A DNA stretch of 64,000 bases. Source: Scenedesmus sp. PABB004. Its lineage: Eukaryota. The notes below the pieces were generated by a model. It saw only the letters and a program-made list of their open reading frames with translations. It was not told the origin of the DNA and made no database searches. The translations under genes and the position numbers were made by a program. Below are positions 29,968 through 47,486 of this stretch, in pieces; positions within the stretch are counted from its first letter, which is position 1; each line of letters begins with the position of its first letter. The stretch is from positions 620,001-684,000 of the forward strand of contig JABVCE010000021.1 of the NCBI GenBank assembly GCA_014905635.1. The letters run 5' to 3'.

Positions 29968-32026
29968 ATGCCGCCCCGGCACCGCCCGTGGGCCGCCCTG
30001 GCGCTCGCGCTCGCGCTCGCGGCGGCAGCGGCGCTGCCGCGCGGCGCTGCGCAGGACGCGCTCTCGCCGGCCAGCGCCGCGCAGTTCAGCCCCAGCGCCA
30101 GCCCCGTGCCCAGCCCCGTGCCCAGCCCCGTGCCCAGCCCCGCCGCGTCCCCGGAGCCGCCGGCGTCGCCCGCGCCCGCGCCGGCGTCGCCGCCGCCCGC
30201 GCCGACGCCGGCGGCGTCGGCGCCGCCGAGCAGTGCCGGCGCCTGGCGCCTGGCGCCCTTCACCACCGTCGTCGCGTGCGTGCCGTTCACGCTGCTCCTC
30301 GCGCCGGCCGGCGCCGGCAGCGGGCCCGCCGCGGCCGTGTCGGCGGAGCCGGGCGTCGCGGCGGCGCTCACGCTGCGCGTGGACGGTGGCGCGCTGTACG
30401 TCGGGTTCAACCGCTCCTTCACCACGCCTGCGGCCATCAGGCGAGGGGCGCGCGGCGGCCCAGCTCGCGCGCGCGCGCGCGTGCTGCGCGCGCACGGCTG
30501 CCCACGCCCCGCGCCGGCGCCTGCCGCGCAGGGTCAACGTCACGCTGCCCGCCGACCAGCTCGCGCGCGTCGTGCAGCGCGGCACCGGCGACCTGGTCGT
30601 CAACCCCGGTGGGGCGTCAGGGCATGCGGCCGGCCGCCGGCTGCTCGCTGGCTGGCAGCCGCCTGCGCTCGCCGCGACCGCGCCCCAGCCGGCCGAGCCG
30701 CTGCCCCCGCGCCCCCGCGCGCCCGCGCCCGCGCGCGCGCAGGCTTTGCCACCAACGCCACCGAGCTCGACGCGCGCGGCGGCGGCCGCCTGCTCGTGCG
30801 GGGGCTCAACACCACCGACCTGCGCGTCGTGTCGAGCGGGTGCGCTCGGCGCGGCGGCGCCGCCCGCCCGCGCGGCCCCGCGCGCAAGCCGGGCGACCGC
30901 CCGGTCGCCGCACCGCCAGCGCCGCCGCTCAACCACGCCCGCGCCGCGCGCGCGGCCCCCGCAGCTCCGACGTCTTCGCCAAGGGCGCCATCGGCGCGGC
31001 CAACGTGACCGCCGACGGCATCGGTCGCGTCACCCTCGGCGGCGTGGCCCGCACCATCACCGCAGAGCTCGGCGGCATCACCTCCCTCTTTGTCGCGCCC
31101 GCCGGCGGTGCGTGTGCCGAGCCTGCCACCGCCCGCGTCCCCGCTGCCCCTGCCGCCGCGCCCGCCGGCGCCGTGCACTGCGCGCTGCGCGCAGCGACGG
31201 CCCGCCTGCGCCGCGCAGACGGCGCGAGCATCCACGCGACCACGTCCGGCCTGGGGCGCGTGTTCTTCACGCGCGGCTCGTGCGACGCGGGCACGCAGGC
31301 GCGGCAGCCCGCGGCGCGCGCGCGGCGTGGCGCGGCGCCGCTCAGCGCTGCGCGGTGCGGCGTGCGACGCGCGTGGCCCCGCCGCGCGCGCAGGTGTCGG
31401 TGGCCGCCCCCTTCTTCGCGATGGACCTGGGTCTGCCTGGCTGCACCCAGGTCGCGCCGGGCGCGTTCCCGAGCTACCGCGCGGCGTGGAGCTGCGGCCT
31501 GCGCGTGCGCGGCGCGGCCGACTGCGCGCCAGGCGCCGCGGCGCCGCGCGCCGCCGCGGACGTCTCGGTCGAGGGCGGCGACGAGGCCACCACCGTCACC
31601 ACCGCCTCCAGCGACAACGGCAGCGGCGCGGCGACGCCCGGCGGCGCCGCCAACAGCTCCGCGGTGCAGGCGGCCGCAGGTGGGGCCGGGGCCGTCGGCG
31701 CCGCGCGGCCAGGCCGAGCCCGCGCGGCCGCGCACCTCACCGCCGCGCTCGCCGCAGGCGCCGCGGACGTGAGCGTCGGCACGGCAGGGCGCCGCCTCGC
31801 CGCCGGGACCGGCCGCCGCCCGGGCCGCGCGCTGCGCACCCTCTTCTGGCCGCCCCTCGCCCTCCCCTGGCACCTCGGCGGCGACGGCGACGACGATCTG
31901 CGCATGCACATGGCGCGCCGCGCCGCGCCGTCGAAGGAGGCGGGCGGGGACGGCGGCGGCGTGAGCTACGAGGCGGAGTCGGTGGAGTGCACCGCGCCGA
32001 TCGAGGAGCTGTTCATCCCGGCGTGA
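29968..32026 (+). CDS. Secreted SP-rich protein with head-GIN / DUF2807-like beta-helical domain, 6 exons
   Basis: Signal peptide and (SP)n linker, then PFTTVVACVPF, LTLRVDGGALYV, VNVTLPADQL and periodic GxGxV/L repeats (GTGDL, GGGRL, GSSDV, GIGRV, GLGRV). Confidence 0.7.
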
Positions 32027-32340
32027 GCGCTGCCCCGCCGCCTGCCTGTTGGTTCGTCACCTGCCTGACCTCTGTGTCTGCGCGCGTGCGTGCTCAGCGT
32101 TGCCGCCTGCGTGGCCACACGTGTTTGCGCCCCCCGCCCGCCGTTGACCGCCGGCGGGGCACGCGCGTTGAGGCAGTTGCAACAACAGGGACTTGCCCCA
32201 GCCGCGCCCGACGTCCGCGCCCGCGGCGCATGCGAGGAATGCAAATGAAATGGGAGGCCGGCCAGCCCCGTGGGGACGGACGCTGGCCGCAGCTGCGCTA
32301 CCCGCCTGCCCGCGCCGCCCCGCCCGCCGCGCCGCGCGCG

Positions 32341-35159
32341 CTACGCGACCGGCAGCGGCAGTCCGCCCGTCTTCCACGTGCCGTCGAGGGCGCTGATCGC
32401 CGCCATCTCGGCGTCGGTGAGCGAAAAGTCAAACAGCGCGAGGTTTTCCCGGATGTGCTCCGCCGACGCGCTGCGCGGGATGACGCCCTGGCCGCGCTGC
32501 AGCGCCCAGCGCAGCACCACCTGCGCGACCGACTTGCCGGGGTGCGCCGCCGCCACCTCCTGCGCGGCGTCGGGCGGGCGGCGTCGGCCGCGCTGCCACT
32601 GCGCGCGGGGCGGAGCGCACGCGGGGCGGCGCGGCCAGGCCCGCGCGCGCGCCGCCGCGCCGCGCGCCTTGAGCAGGGCGTTTGAGAACACCGGGTTGAT
32701 GGCGGCGGGGGAGTTGATCCACTGCGTGCCGAGGCTGCTGTAGGCCACAAACGTGACGTTGGCCTCGTGGCAGAGGTTGGCCAGGTGGTGGTTGACCGCA
32801 AACGGGTCGCTGCGCGACTGCAGCACCGCCGGCTTCACCTTGGCCAGGCGCAGCAGCTCCCGCATCTCGGACAGCCCAAAGTTGCTCACGCCTGGCGGCG
32901 GCGGCGGCGGCGTGCGCGGCGGCGCGTGGGCGTGGACGGCGGCGAGCGCGCGGCGGCGAGCGCGCGGCGAGCGCGCGGCGCGCACCGATGCTGCGCACGA
33001 GCTTGGCCGCGACGAGCTCCTCCAGCGCGCGCCAGCTCTCCTGCCAGCTCTGGTGCGGGCGCGGCACGCAGCCGGTGCCGGGGGAGCAGGCGGGGTAGTG
33101 GAGCAGGAGCAGGTCGAGGTAGCCAGTGCGCAGGTGCGACAGGCTGCGCTTGAGCGCCGCGAGCGTCGCGTTGCGCCCCAGGTCGCGCGGGTGGACCTTG
33201 CTGGTGAGGAACACCGACTCGCGCGGCACCTTGGCCGCCGCGAGGCCCGCGCCGACCTCGGGCTCCGAGTACCAGTCGGGCGACTGCCGCGGCGGCGGCG
33301 CGGCGGCGCGGCGGCGGGGAGCGGGGCGGTGGGGCGGGGCAGCGGCGGCCCCGCGGCTCCGCGCCGCGCGGCGCCCGCGCAGCGCCCGCGCCGGCCTCGC
33401 GCGCCGGGCTCGCGCGCCGGCCCCGCACCTCGGCCGAGTCGATGAGCCGATACCCGGCCGCGAGCGCGACCTGCACCGCCGCCGCGGTGCCGACGCCCAG
33501 GCCCGCCGTGCCGAGGCCGACCGCGGGCATCGCGTGGCCGCTGTTGAGCTGCAGCACGCGGAAGGGCCGCGGCACGGCGTACGACTTGCAGTTTGCGCAC
33601 GAGGCCTTGCACGAGATGGCCATGTAGTCGGCGTTGCGGTCGCACTCGCCGTCCGCCGCCCACGCGGCGCAGCGCGGCTGATAGTCGTGGCAGCCCGGCA
33701 CCGCCCACTCCTGCAGCGCCTGCGCCTCCGCGGGCCCGCCCGGCCAGGGGTCGTGGCTGCCGTACAGCCGGTGCGGGCTGGCCTTGGGCGCGCCCATCGC
33801 CGCCGCCGCCTCTGCCACGGTCGGGCCGCGCCCGGCGGCGCCCGCGGGCTGGCTGTCGCCGCTCGCGCCGCCGCTCACCAGCTGCTGCGTCAGCTCCACC
33901 GCGCCCGCGCCGCCGCCGCCGTCGCCGCCACCGCTGTCGCCGCCGCCTGCGCGGGCGGGCGGGCGGCCGGGCGGCAGCACGGTCGGCGCCCGGGCCCGGC
34001 GCCCGGCCCCGGCGCCCCCGCGGCGCCCGCGCCGGCGCCCGCGCCCGCGGCCGCGCCCGGACCTGCTGCGGCCGGCTCGCTCGGCGTGCACTTGCCGCAG
34101 CTGCGGGGGCACTGCGTGCCGACCCACACGCTGCCGCTCGCGCACATGCCCGTGGCGGCGAGGTAGGGGCACACGCTCACGTCGTCCTGGCACTCGTCCA
34201 GCAGCACCGCGGTGAACGAGTCGCCGTCGCCACCGCCGCCGCCGAGCCCCGCGCGCAGCGCCGCGAGCGCGCCGTGGCGCCGCCGACCCGGCGTGGTCAC
34301 GATGCCGGCGCCGCCGTGCGCGAGCTTGCTGATCGCCTGCTCCTGGCAGAACCCGCACGACGCCTGCGCGCAGCGCGGGTGCGAGGCGCGGCGGCGGCTG
34401 CGAGGCGGGCCCGCGGCGCCGGCACGGGCGGCCGGGCCGGCAGCGGCTGCGGCCCACTCCTGCCCGCGCCGCCGAGGCGGCAGCCGCCGCCGCAGCGGGC
34501 CCTGGCTGGCCCTCGCGCGCGCGCCCGTGCGCCCCGGCGGCGCGCCGCCTCACCTGGCACAGCTCCAGCATGCTCTTGGCCTCCCGGCTGCACTTGTCCT
34601 CCTTGACCCACGCGGCGCAGCTCGGGTGCAGGTCGGCGCACGCGCTCAGCTGCTGCACCACGCGCACCTGCAGCCCCGTCTCGGCCTGGATGCTCGCGCG
34701 CAGGTGGTCGCACGTGTTGCACGTGGCCTTGCACTCGCCATACTTCTCAGACACCTTGCTGCACGACCTGCGGGCGCGGCGGCGCCGCGCTCGCCGCCGG
34801 CCGCGCGCGCGCGCTCGCGCCGGCGCGCCGCCGGCGCGCCGCCGCCGCGCCGGCGCCCTGCGCGCCGGGCCCCCCACGCACTGCGAGCTGCAGCCGGGCC
34901 GCCGGTCGACGCAGAGCAGCTCCGCGTCGGCGCCGCCGGGCGCGACGTCCTTGAGCAGGTCGTGGTTGGGGCCGTGCTGCTCGATGATGGTCGCGCGGTC
35001 GCTGCCCACGCGCAGGCCGCGGCTGCCCTCGGCGGCGAGCGGCAGCGCGTGCCGCAGCGCGGGCCCCGCCGCGTACTGCAGCGTCGTGTTGACGACCAGC
35101 AGCACCACGATCGCGCCCAACACGACCGGGACCTTGCGCACCAGGCCGTCGCCGGCCAT
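32341..35159 (-). CDS. Membrane-anchored protein with 3-4 ShKT domains fused to an aldo-keto reductase, 7 exons
   Basis: N-terminal hydrophobic anchor. ShK-type modules CADLHPSC...CQASCGFC, CQDDVSVC...CPRSCGKC, CHDYQPRC...CKASCANC. AKR motifs MPAVGLGT, GYRLIDSAE, FLTSKV, YLDLLLLHYP, IGVSNF, AYSSLG, QVVLRWALQRG, IPRS. Confidence 0.9.
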
Positions 35160-35737
35160 CCAGCTGAGCCGGCTCAGCTGCTGCGCGCGGCGGGCGGCGG
35201 GCGGCAGCAGCGGCGGTTGCCGCCGGCGCAGGCGGCGCGCGGCGGCGCGCGGCAGCGCGGCGGCGCGCAGGCGGGACCCAGCCCATGCTGCCCATGCCGC
35301 CCGGCCCCAGCCGAGTGCCGCCCCCAGGCCGCCGCAGGCCACGCGCACCGCCGAGTGCGCGTACGCCGCCGCCGGCGCGCGCCCATTTTGGGTCGCCAGG
35401 CCGCCGCTGCCGCTGCCCGGCGAGCCGCCCTCGCCGCCACGGGACCAGGGCCGCCTGGGCGTCGCCAGGGCGCGCGTGGCGACGCCGGCGCGAGCGAGCT
35501 GACCGGGTGCGGCACGCGCAGGTCTGGCCCGGTGCTCTGTGAGCAAGCGTCCAGCGGCGTGAGGTCTCCCGGTGAGCGGCAGGGCGGGAGCACGACGAGG
35601 CAGAGCGGGAGGCGACCAGGCGCAGTGATGGCGCGGGCTCTGCGCGCGCGGCCAGGGCCACCACGCCGCTCCGACCAGTCCGTCCGTTCCAGTTCCCAGC
35701 CAGTTCCCAGCCACACGCGTCCAGCCCGCCACTCGCG

Positions 35738-37403
35738 ATGCTCTCCTGCAGCAGCAGCAGCGCGCTCCGCCTGCAGCGCTCCTCCGCCGCTGCAGCCCGC
35801 GGCGCGGTGCGCGCCATGGCCAGTGACGGCGGCGTCAAGGTGGGCGCGACGGCGCGCGCGGTGCGCGGCCCGCCGCGGGCGGCGGCGCGAGCCCGTGCGT
35901 GGCCAGCGCTGCTCGCCGCCATCGCCGGGGCCTGCGCGCGGGGCGGCGAGCAGCGCTGGCCACGCACGGGCTCGCCGCGCGCAGGCGCCGGCAGTGGCGG
36001 CGGAGCTGCGCAATGCGGGGCCCGAGCCCAAGCGCTTCACCGTCGCCGACGGCCAGCTCGGGACGGTGGCGAGCGCGGCGTTTGCGGCCCTCGCCCGCCT
36101 AGGCACGGGCGGGTTCGCAAGCGGATACTCGAGCTCCCTCGTCCCCGACGACGGCGCCTCGTCCTACGCGGTCACCTCGGTCGGCGGCCGCAAGGTCGCG
36201 GAGACGAGCAAGGTGCGGGCGGCCACCTGGCGCGCCGCCGCGCCGGGCGCGCTGAGCGCGTCCTGGCGCGCGCCCGCCCGCTCGTGCTCGTGCGTGCCGC
36301 GGCAGGTCGGCACGTTCAAGCGCCCCGTCAAGGCGATCGAGCTGTACGAGTTCCAGGGCTGCCCCTTCTGCCGCAAGGCGCGCGCCTCGCCCGCGCGCGC
36401 GCGCCCGGCGCCGCGCCGCCACGGCCCGGGCCGCGCCCCGCCGCGCCGCCGGGGCCGGCAGCTGGCCGGCGCGCGCCGCCGGCCCGGCCGCCGACCGCCT
36501 GCGCCGCCGCCTGGGCGTGTGCGCGCGCAGGTGCGCGAGGCTGTGAGCATCCTTGACCTCGACGTCACGGTCTACCCCTGCCCCAAGGGCGGCACCGTGT
36601 GGCGCCCCAAGGCCGTCGCGCTGGGCGGCAAGGCGCAGTTCCCCTTCCTCGTCGACCCCAACACCGGTGTGTGTGCGCGCGCGCACGCACGGCGCCCGCG
36701 CGTGGTTGATGCCGTGCTGCCGCGCCACGCGGCGCGCCGCCGCGCGTGAACCGCGCGCAGGCAAGCAGATGTATGAGAGCGACGCCATCATCTCATACCT
36801 CTTCAACGAGTACGGCGACGGCCAGGTGCGGCCGGGCAGGCGGCGGGCGGGCGGGCCCCGACGCCGGGCCGGGCGGCGGCCGCGACGCGGCCGCTCACGG
36901 GCCGCTGACGGAACGCGGCGCGCCGCGCCAGGTCCCGCTCGCACTGCGCCTCGGCGCCGCGACGACCATCACGTGCGGCCTCGCGCTCGCGCCGCGCGCG
37001 GGCGCTGGCAGCCGCGCCAAGCCGAGCAAGCAGCCGGCGCAGCCGCTGGTGCTGTGGGCCTACGAGCTCAGCCCCTTTGTGGTGCTGGTCAAGGAGAAGC
37101 TGAGCGAGCTGGAGCTGCCCTACGAGCAGGTCACCTGCTCGCGCGGCAGCCCCAAGCGCCAGCAGCTGCTGGACAAGCGCGGCCACTTCCAGGCGCGCGG
37201 GCGCGGGCGCGGCGCCCCGCACACGCGCCGCCGCCACGTGCCGCCGCCGCCACGTGCCGCCGCGGCCGCGTGCTCGGGCGCCCCCGCGACCTGGCCCCGC
37301 TGCCGCCGCGCAGGTGCCGTACCTGGAGGACCCCAACGAGGGCGTGTACCTGTTCGAAAGCACCGCGATCATTAAGTACCTGGAGGACACCTACGCGGCC
37401 TGA
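35738..37403 (+). CDS. Plastid thioredoxin-fold protein with two GST-N-like domains, 7 exons
   Basis: IELYEFQGCPFCRKVRE, GGKAQFPFLVDPNTG, MYESDAII, YELSPFVVLVKEKLSELELP, QVPYLEDPN. Confidence 0.88.
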
Positions 37404-37779
37404 GCGGCACGCAGCGCAGCGCGCGGCGGCGGGGGCCCCGCGGCGGGCACGTGGCCAGCTGCGCGCGGCGCGCGCGCGGGCAACCGCTGCTGCTGCAGGC
37501 CGCGCGGTCGGGGAGAGTCGTCGGTTGCCAGGGGCGCCGCCCCGCGCGCCGATCACACACGACGCCGATGGGGGCGAAAAAACGCGATAGTGCACACTGC
37601 GGCGCCGCGCCGGCGCCGCACAGGGACAAGATACACAGCAGGCACGTGGCCGCCCCGCCCTCCCCCCTCGACCTGCCCCCGCCCCGCCGCCCCTGGCCGC
37701 CGCCGCCGCGAAACGCCGCCCGCCGCCCCGCCCACCGGGCGCCTCCGCGCCCCCGCGCCCCGCCCGCGCCGCGCCCGGC

Positions 37780-39225
37780 TCAGGCCACCTTTGCGACGAG
37801 CTTGGGCTCGCCCAGCGCCGGCGCCGGCGCCGCCGACAGCGCGCCCGCCTTGGCGGGGCGCTTGGGCATGGCGGGCAGGAGGAAGTAGCAGTTGAGCGCG
37901 GAGGCGAGGCTGCCAAACAGGCCCACGGTGCGGGGGCGGAAGGGGTAGAGCTGCAGCAGGCCCAGCGCGGTCAGCGCCTGCAGCCCGCCGTGCAGGAAGA
38001 CGAGCAGGCGGCCGTTGATGTCGGCGCGCGCCGCGTCCTGCCGGCGCGCCCACTCCGCGTCGCTCTCGCCGGGCAGGCGGCGGCTGCTCAGCTGCGGGCG
38101 GCGGGCGCCGCGGCGGGCGCGACGGCGGGCGCGGCGGCGTCGGCCGTCGCGCGCGGGGTGTGCGCGGGGCGTGCGCCGCGGGGGCCCGGCGCCACCGCCG
38201 CCGAGAGGGGCGGAGGCCGCGCTGCGCAGCGGCGGCGGCGCACCGAGAGGATGGCGTTGGCCTCCATGATCATCGTCACCACGCTGCCGAGCGCCCACGA
38301 CCAGAGCGACACCTTCTGCGCGCGCTCGCCCGTCTGCTTGCTGCTGACCAGCCCGATCTGGAACGCCCAGACCACGTGGTCGGCGGCAAAGTAGGTCGCC
38401 ATCAGCGCGTCCTTCACCTGCGCGGCGGGGGGAAGGACGGGGCGGCACGCCGGCGGGTTGGCAGGCTGGGCAGCGCTGGCGGGGCGGCGGCAGCGGCGGT
38501 GGCGCTGCGGCGGCGCCGGCGGCGCCAGCGGCGGCGGCGGCGGACCTTCTGCAGCACCTCCTGGTGCACCGGCTGCTTGCCGGTCAGCCCCGGCTGCAGC
38601 AGCAGCGGCGTGATGCTCTCCAGGGGCTGCGTGGGGGCGCGCGCGCGGCGCGGGCGGCGTCGGCGGCGGGGCGCGCAGCGGGCCGCGCGGCCAGCGGCGC
38701 GCCGCGAGACGCCGCCGGCGCTCACCCGCATGATGCGGAAGACTTTGCGCGCCGCCGTGACGCTGGCCTGCACCTTCTTCAGGTTCCCGGGCTCCCCCGC
38801 GGAGAGGTAGAGGCACAGGTACTGCGCGGGCGGCGCGCGCCAGCCGGGCGGCGGCAGCGTGAGCATACGCGCCCGCGCCGGCGGTCCAGGGGCGCGCTGC
38901 CGGCCCCTGGGAGCGGCTGGTCCGCGAGCCCGGGGGCCGCTGCGGCCGGGGCCGCTGCGGGCGGGGCCGCACCTGCACCAGGGCGGTGAGCTTGTCCTTG
39001 CCATCTGCCTTGGCGCAGAAGCCCCGGATGACCTGGCCAACCGCAACCGGGAAAACGGCGCGCCTGAGCGCCCGGGCGCGCGACACGGTCCCGCGGACCC
39101 CCCGCCGCGCTGCGGAGGCCGCCCGCGGCCCCGGCAGGCCGCCGCGGGGGAGACTGTCGCGGCACCCCCCGGCGACGCGCGCGCACCGTCAGCGAGTCGG
39201 CGTAGGTCTGGTAGTCCAGCGACAT
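37780..39225 (-). CDS. PEX11: Peroxisomal membrane protein PEX11, 6 exons
   Basis: ADGKDKLTALVQY, ARKVFRIMR, YFAADHVVW, SLWSWALGS, VGLFGSLASALNCY. Confidence 0.88.
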
Positions 39226-39502
39226 CGCGGCCGAGGAGTGTGCGAGATCGCGAGGCGCGACGCGCGGCGAGCGCGGGGAGGCGTGCAGCAGTGCGGGCGC
39301 TCGCGGCGCGCTGCGGCCGGGCACGAAGGCGTGGGCCGTGCGCGGGCGCGGAAGCACAGGAGTGTGGCTGATCGGCGGCGCGGGTCAGGGAGGCGACTGC
39401 GGCGCGCTGGCGGCGGCCGCTCCGTCAAAAAGTCGTCGTCGCCGTAAACCTTTCACTCCTCGCGCACGCGGAGCTCACGGACCCCAGCCACTCTCTTCAC
39501 CG

Positions 39503-44603
<5,101 letters not shown>

Positions 44604-44645
44604 CGCGCACCGCCGCGCCGCGCGGCGCCGCGCCGCGCCCGCTAG

Positions 44646-45086
44646 CTAGGGCTGCTGCGCCTCCGGCTGCTGCGGCACCGGCTCCCCCTGCTGCTGCTGC
44701 TCCCCCTGCTGCTGCTGCGCCGCCGCGGCAGCACCGCTGCCATGCGCCGCCGGCGGCGCACGCGGCGCGTGCCACTCCGGCACGAGCGCCTGGAACTCTG
44801 GCCCAATCCGCGGCCGCCGCGGGTGGCCCACGCCCGTGCTGATGGAGGTGGCGAGCCGGACCTGCTTGGGCGCGTAGCGCAGCGGCACGTCGTCGTCGCT
44901 GAGGTCGTCGTCGCTGTCTGCGAACGCTGCTCCCGGTAGCGGCCGCGCTGCCGCCGCCGCCGCCGCCGCGGGGGCCCGCCGCGCGTGGTGCTCGGGCTGG
45001 TGGTCCTCTTCGTCCTCTGGCGCGCTACGCTTGGCGCGCTGGAAGCGAGCCTTGGGCGGGAGGGCGGCTGCAGCGGGCGCGCTCAT
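44646..45086 (-). CDS. Small acidic protein with ELM2-like PRIGPEFQA motif (146 aa)
   Basis: ATG at 45086, TAG at 44646; coding-like codon usage; RPRIGPEFQALVP motif. Confidence 0.65.
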   Translation of the reverse strand: MSAPAAAALPPKARFQRAKRSAPEDEEDHQPEHHARRAPAAAAAAAARPLPGAAFADSDDDLSDDDVPLRYAPKQVRLATSISTGVGHPRRPRIGPEFQALVPEWHAPRAPPAAHGSGAAAAAQQQQGEQQQQGEPVPQQPEAQQP

Positions 45087-45422
45087 GCCACTGCGCCGCC
45101 GCGCTGTCCCGGCGGGCGCGGGGAGCGGGGCGGTCCGGATGCGCGGCTGCGTGGGTGGCGGGCGGAGGGTGTGGCGCCGCGGCTGCGATGGGCGAGGCTG
45201 CGCGCGGCGCGCGGCGCGACGGCGCGTCAGTCGTCGTTTGCTGCGGCGCGCCGCGCAGTCGCCGCAGGCTTCACGACCACCTGATGTCTCCCCAGATCTC
45301 CCTGCACAGCGACCGCAGCAGCTTGCCCCCCCCCCCCCCTGCCGCGCATCGCCGCTGCCCGCGCCGCCGCCGCCGCTGCTGCTGTGAGCACACCCGCCGC
45401 AACCGCCCGCCTCGCGCCAGCG

Positions 45423-46710
45423 ATGGCCGCGGCGGCGGCCGCCCTGCTGCTGGCTGCACGGCGGCGGGCCAGCTGGGCCTGCGGCAGCAGCTCGCCGGCG
45501 CTGGCAGCGGGCCGGGCGGTCGCCAGCGGCAGCTCCCCGGCGCTGGCAGCGGGCCGCGAGCTCGCCAGCGCCAGCGGCGGCGCCGCAGCGCCGCCCAGCC
45601 TGGACGCGCTGGTGGACGCGCTGCGCGCGAGCGGCGTGCTGCGCAGCGAGCGCGTGGCCGACGCGATGCGCGCCGTGGACCGCGCTGAATTTGTGCAGAC
45701 GTTCGCGGGCGTGCCGGGTGGCGTGGCGTATCGGGACGTCCCCGCGCCGATCGCGTGCGGGCAGCACGCCGACAGCCCGAGCACCGTCGCCCGCTTCCTG
45801 GAGCTGCTGGTGGCCCACGTGCGCCCGGGCGCGCGCGTGCTGGACGTGGGCTCGGGTGCGGCGTCCGCCGGCAGCGCGCGGCGGCGGCGCCGCCGCCGCC
45901 CGCACCTCACCGCGCGCCGCGCCCCGGGCCTCTCACCGGCAGGCGTGGGCTACACGACCGCGTGCCTGGCGTGGCTGGCGTCGCCCGGCGGCGGAGTGCT
46001 GGCGCTGGAAAAGCAGGCCAAGCTGGTCGCGCGCTGCCGGGCGGCAATCAAGGCGAGCAACCGGGAGCTGCTCGAGAACGGGGCCCTTGACATCCGGGTC
46101 GTCAACGCCATGGCGGGTGCGCAGGCCGGGCCGCCGCCGTCGGGGCGCAGCGCGGTGGGGGGCGGCAGGGCGCAGCGCGGGCGGCGCGCGCCGAGCCGCG
46201 CCGCGCCGCCGCCCGCCGCGGCAGACCCGCCGGAGCTCGCGGGCGCCGAGCGCTTTGACGCGATCCACCTGGGCGCGAGCGTGGTGGACGTGCCGCCGCG
46301 CCTCGTCGAGTTGCTAAAGCAGGGCGGCCGCCTCGTGCTGCCGCTCGGCGCGATGCACGGCGCAGCACCGCAGGTGCGTGCGCGGGGCGGCGGCGCGCAC
46401 GCCGCTGCGTTACCCCGGCCCCGCTGGGCGAGGCGGTGCAGTGTTCCAGCACCGCCGCCAGCCGCTGCCGACAAAATGGCTGCTCTGTGCATGCACGCTG
46501 GGCTGCTGCTGCTCTCTGCAACAACAAGAAAAGGGAATAGATTGAGTTGGTTTCGCGCTGCTGCGCTGCGGCCGCGCTCACGCCCGCCGGCGCCCGCAGG
46601 TCCTGGTCGCAGTGGACAAGGCGCCCGACGGCCGTGTCGTCCGCAGCGAGCACGGGCCCATCGCCACGCGCATCGCGCCGCTCACCGCGGTCGCCGACGA
46701 CACGGTCTGA
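45423..46710 (+). CDS. PIMT: Protein-L-isoaspartate O-methyltransferase, 4 exons
   Basis: VADAMRAVDRAEFV, AYRDVPAPI, PGARVLDVGSGVGYTTAC, FDAIHLGA, LKQGGRLVLPLG. Confidence 0.9.
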
Positions 46711-46803
46711 GCGCCGCCGCCCGCGGCAGCAGCGGCAGCGGCGGCGGCCGCGCCGTCGCGGCCGCGCCGGTGCGCCGGCGGGCGCCGCGAGCGTGCCGGC
46801 GCC

Positions 46804-47106
46804 CTAGAACTCGACGCGGTACTTGGCCGCCTTGCGCCCCTTGGCGGGCAGCGTCTCCACCGTCCAGGTGCAGGCGTGGATGGCGTCCGGGTCGGCCCCG
46901 GCGCACATGCCGCGCAGCACCTCGCCGCCGGCGGCGACCTGGGGGCCGAACTCGAACGTGCTGGTGGGCCGGGGCAGGGCCGCGGCCCCCGCGTCGCCCT
47001 CGGGCGCCGGCGGGGCGCCCAGCGGGCCGCGAGGGGCGCCCTTGTCCGCGGGGAGGGGCTTGGCCGTGATGTCGCCCTGCCCCCCGCCAAACGGCCACCA
47101 CCCCAT
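46804..47106 (-). CDS. Small hypothetical protein (100 aa)
   Basis: MGWWPFG...STFEFG...GMC...ACTW...KYRVEF*; resembles a small green-lineage family as recalled. Confidence 0.65.
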   Translation of the reverse strand: MGWWPFGGGQGDITAKPLPADKGAPRGPLGAPPAPEGDAGAAALPRPTSTFEFGPQVAAGGEVLRGMCAGADPDAIHACTWTVETLPAKGRKAAKYRVEF

Positions 47107-47486
47107 CGTCTTGGGCGAGCCGGAGCGCTGCGCGAGCGACGGCGGCGCGCGGCGAGAGCAGCAGCGGGCGGCAGCGGCGGCAGCGGCGCGCGCGCTGTGG
47201 GCGGGCGTGGGGCGACTGCGGCTGTCGGGTGAGGGGGCTGGAATGGCCCTGGCGCACGGGAGCGCGGGCCAGGGCCTCTCAACCTCACCGCCGCCGAGCC
47301 CTGCGCCGCGGCGGCGCAAGCACAAACGCCGGCGTCGCCGATGCCCGCGCCGCCGCCGCCGCAGCCGCGCCACTCCCGCCACCGCCCGCTCGAGCGCCCT
47401 CTCCGCTGCAGCTTGCCGCGCGGACACCGCGATCGGGCAGCTGCAGGCACACCGACACGCGGCCATCGGTTGGCCCTGCTGCCGAG

